Shown here one piece after another: positions 57,291 to 59,647 of a stretch of DNA of 59,647 bases (positions are counted from its first letter, which is position 1; each line of letters opens with the position of its first letter). The notes under the pieces were generated by a model, which saw only the letters and a list, made by a program, of their open reading frames with translations, did not search any database and was not told the DNA's origin. Both the position numbers and the translations under genes were made by a program. This DNA is from Candidatus Flemingiibacterium sp. (GTDB taxonomy: Bacteria; Bacillota; Clostridia; Oscillospirales; CAG-272). The stretch lies in assembly GCA_045589075.1 (NCBI GenBank), contig JAZNFI010000036.1:1-59647 (forward strand), read 5' to 3'.

Positions 57291-59647
57291 ATGGGTAAAA
57301 AATACCTGATAACAAAAAAAATAATTCTTGCTGCAAGCTATGTTTCTGCACTTTTGATAGCTTGCTGTCTGCTTGGTGTTGGAGCCCTTGCAGCAAAAGA
57401 AACAACAAATGAGATAGCCTCAGCCTCTCTCAATAAGTCCCTAACCGACATTGTTTTTGAAATCAATCTTACAAAGGATTACGTCAAGGAAAATAAAAAC
57501 GAAACTCTTTATCTTTTCGAATTCCTTCCATACCAATCCACATCTGAAATTTCGTCAATGGAACCGGTTAAATCCTTTGAAGTGGGCACAAAGACCAGCT
57601 TCAAGCTCTCGTTCATTAACGGCAACTCTAACAGACTTTATTCAAAGTTCGCCATCGCCGAGATAACCGATGAGGGCGCATATAGTCTTATCACTCCGGC
57701 GGCCTATATCGACAACATCGAGTTGGCAGCAAAGAATACGGAACCCTACCCTGAAAAAAGCTCTATAAAGGGCATACAAATAGGCACATTCTCCGATGCG
57801 CAGCAGCTTGGCGTGTCCCACACAGTGATAAATATACCGGTCAACGAATATCTTCTCGGGGAAAACACAGATGCCGCCGTGTCATTCCACTATAACGGTC
57901 AAACCTACTACCTTAATAAGAGCAAAATAGCTCTGCTTGACCACAAGGTAAAAATTTACACTCATGCGGGGATCAACGTATATTTCAACATTATTCTTAC
58001 AAAGCCCACAGCCAATGCACATGAGAGTGTGCTTGAGCTATATTATGATGACATTTCACCCGACGCGGCACTCTTCGCGCTGAATACCGGAAATGAAAAC
58101 GGGATGAAAACTTTCCGTGCATTTATGGATTACATCTGCGCGCGCTATACCGATCCGGCGCACACCTACGGTTTTGTACCCGCAATGATATTGGGCTTTG
58201 AGGCAAACAATAACACAGTCTGGAATAATGTTGGCAGCACAAATCTCGCTAATTATGTACATTCCTATGTCACAGCGTTCAGGGTGGTTTATACCGCCAT
58301 GCGTTCAAATTATTCCGAGGGCAGAGTGTATCTTTCTATCGGAAACAACTTCACTCATGTTGACATTTCCGGGACAAACCTCCCCGCAAAAGACTTCCTC
58401 GATCTTTTCGCCTTTGCAATAAAAAATTCAGGTGATATTCCCTGGGGTGTCTCTATAAATCCTTACTCCTCATCAATAGATCTGGCGGAGTTCTGGAACG
58501 ATACCGCCGCAAAAGCTGATTTTGAAACTCCCTATATCACAATGAAAAATTTATCCACATTCACTGAATATATGAGCCGTGATTCATTGCTTTATGGCGG
58601 AGAGCCGCGCAGCATAATCATTGGCGAATGGGGAGTATCAGGCGACCCCAACAATGAAAGGTCCATGAATATTCAAGCTGTCTCCTATGCCCTTGCCTAC
58701 TACACCGCCGCCATGAATCCCCACATAGATGCGTTTATCTACAAAAGGCAGGTAGATTATCCGGTTGAAAACGCCTTCTATGGGCTTTACACCTGTAGGG
58801 ACGGTACAATCGGGGAGCCGGGTGCAAAAAAGCCTATATATAATATATTCGCCAACATTGATACCGAGACAGGCTCCGAATCCATCGCATTTATCAGAGA
58901 GACTGTGGGTTCAGGGGTTTACAGTATAGTCATGGGCGATGACGTGAATTACAAGCAGTTTGCCGACAGAATAACGCTTGTATCCGAGGCAGTTGATGAA
59001 AATCAGACCAAAAAGGGCACCAAAACCCGTGTTCTGTTTGATCTCAAGGGTGGTTCCCTATGCAATTTCTATCCATCGGACAGCGCTGAATTTGTTGAGC
59101 TTCGTGCACCCGCTGACAGCGACAGTACTATGCTTTATGCCCGTATCGCCGATACTCCAACCACCTACAAGGGTATCGGAAACACATTTTCCTCAGATAC
59201 AGTTTTCAAGGATGCGCGATACATCACATTAAGAGTGATGATAAGTGCTCCCGAGGAAGTTGAAAATGCCATGTTTACTCTGCGCCTGGCAAAGAGCGGC
59301 GAATTGACCGCAGTAAGCGAAGGCACAGAACTGCTGACTCCTAACGAATGGCATGATGTCAGATTCAATATTAAGGAAATCTCAAAGCTTACCGGCGGTG
59401 ACGTTGACACAATCAAGCTTTGGGTATCCGTTCCCGATTCGGGGGCTGTACAAGGCGAATACGGTCTGTGGCTCGACAGCGTGACTCTGCATGTAAGCAG
59501 AGGAATGCCCGTTATCGTCCTTATACTTCTCATCCTTTTGATGCTTGTATTCCTTGCCGTAGCAGCTTACGGTGTGCTGTTTATCCGTGCACAGTTAATC
59601 AGGAAGAAACGTCGCCAAGTAGCTATGCGTCGCCGTGCCGAGCAGGA
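57291..59647 (+). CDS. large hypothetical surface protein, glycoside-hydrolase-like TIM-barrel region (possibly DUF5722-like); the 3' end lies beyond the window
   Basis: Open frame from the ATG at 57291 to the window edge, 785 codons. It is absent from the ORF track because it has no stop. N-terminal signal anchor MGKKYLITKKIILAASYVSALLIACCLLGVGALA. GFEANNN and IIGEWG look like a TIM-barrel acid/nucleophile pair. A TM segment and RKKRRQ lie near the end. Confidence 0.75.
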   Translation, partial: MGKKYLITKKIILAASYVSALLIACCLLGVGALAAKETTNEIASASLNKSLTDIVFEINLTKDYVKENKNETLYLFEFLPYQSTSEISSMEPVKSFEVGTKTSFKLSFINGNSNRLYSKFAIAEITDEGAYSLITPAAYIDNIELAAKNTEPYPEKSSIKGIQIGTFSDAQQLGVSHTVINIPVNEYLLGENTDAAVSFHYNGQTYYLNKSKIALLDHKVKIYTHAGINVYFNIILTKPTANAHESVLELYYDDISPDAALFALNTGNENGMKTFRAFMDYICARYTDPAHTYGFVPAMILGFEANNNTVWNNVGSTNLANYVHSYVTAFRVVYTAMRSNYSEGRVYLSIGNNFTHVDISGTNLPAKDFLDLFAFAIKNSGDIPWGVSINPYSSSIDLAEFWNDTAAKADFETPYITMKNLSTFTEYMSRDSLLYGGEPRSIIIGEWGVSGDPNNERSMNIQAVSYALAYYTAAMNPHIDAFIYKRQVDYPVENAFYGLYTCRDGTIGEPGAKKPIYNIFANIDTETGSESIAFIRETVGSGVYSIVMGDDVNYKQFADRITLVSEAVDENQTKKGTKTRVLFDLKGGSLCNFYPSDSAEFVELRAPADSDSTMLYARIADTPTTYKGIGNTFSSDTVFKDARYITLRVMISAPEEVENAMFTLRLAKSGELTAVSEGTELLTPNEWHDVRFNIKEISKLTGGDVDTIKLWVSVPDSGAVQGEYGLWLDSVTLHVSRGMPVIVLILLILLMLVFLAVAAYGVLFIRAQLIRKKRRQVAMRRRAEQ

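Overview
This 59.6-kb window reads as core chromosome of a Gram-positive anaerobe. The gene content looks like Clostridia, possibly Oscillospiraceae/Ruminococcaceae: spoVB-like, whiA, an SLH surface protein and DUF4830/DUF4430/DUF4358-type proteins. I call about 50 protein genes and one tRNA-Gly(CCC). I see no rRNA, no CRISPR array, and no transposase, integrase or phage genes. Housekeeping genes dominate: gdhA, an OmpR/HK two-component pair, gpsA-like, gltX-glnS, metY-like, secA, a class A PBP and dnaE. One 15-gene co-directional run spans nusB, xseAB, ispA, tlyA, nadK, argR, recN, tyrS, murB, whiA and dnaE. I do not see a convincing multi-gene novel system and there is no defence-island signature. 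The most unusual feature is a tandem duplicate of dnaE reduced by an in-frame internal deletion to a 586-codon PHP-palm-thumb ORF. That ORF has stayed open and keeps the PHP motifs, but it has lost the polymerase catalytic aspartates, and its C-terminal remnant has decayed. Secondary oddities:
- an EndoA/MazF-type toxin gene with no antitoxin ORF;
- a 72-bp duplication of the tRNA-Gly 3' end plus its terminator;
- two paralogous polytopic membrane proteins packed directly behind secA;
- a 19-bp perfect inverted repeat burying the start codon of an amidase-domain gene;
- tyrS with no room for a T-box leader.
All functional calls come from motif recognition by eye. No database search was run, and several start codons were re-picked from RBS context.
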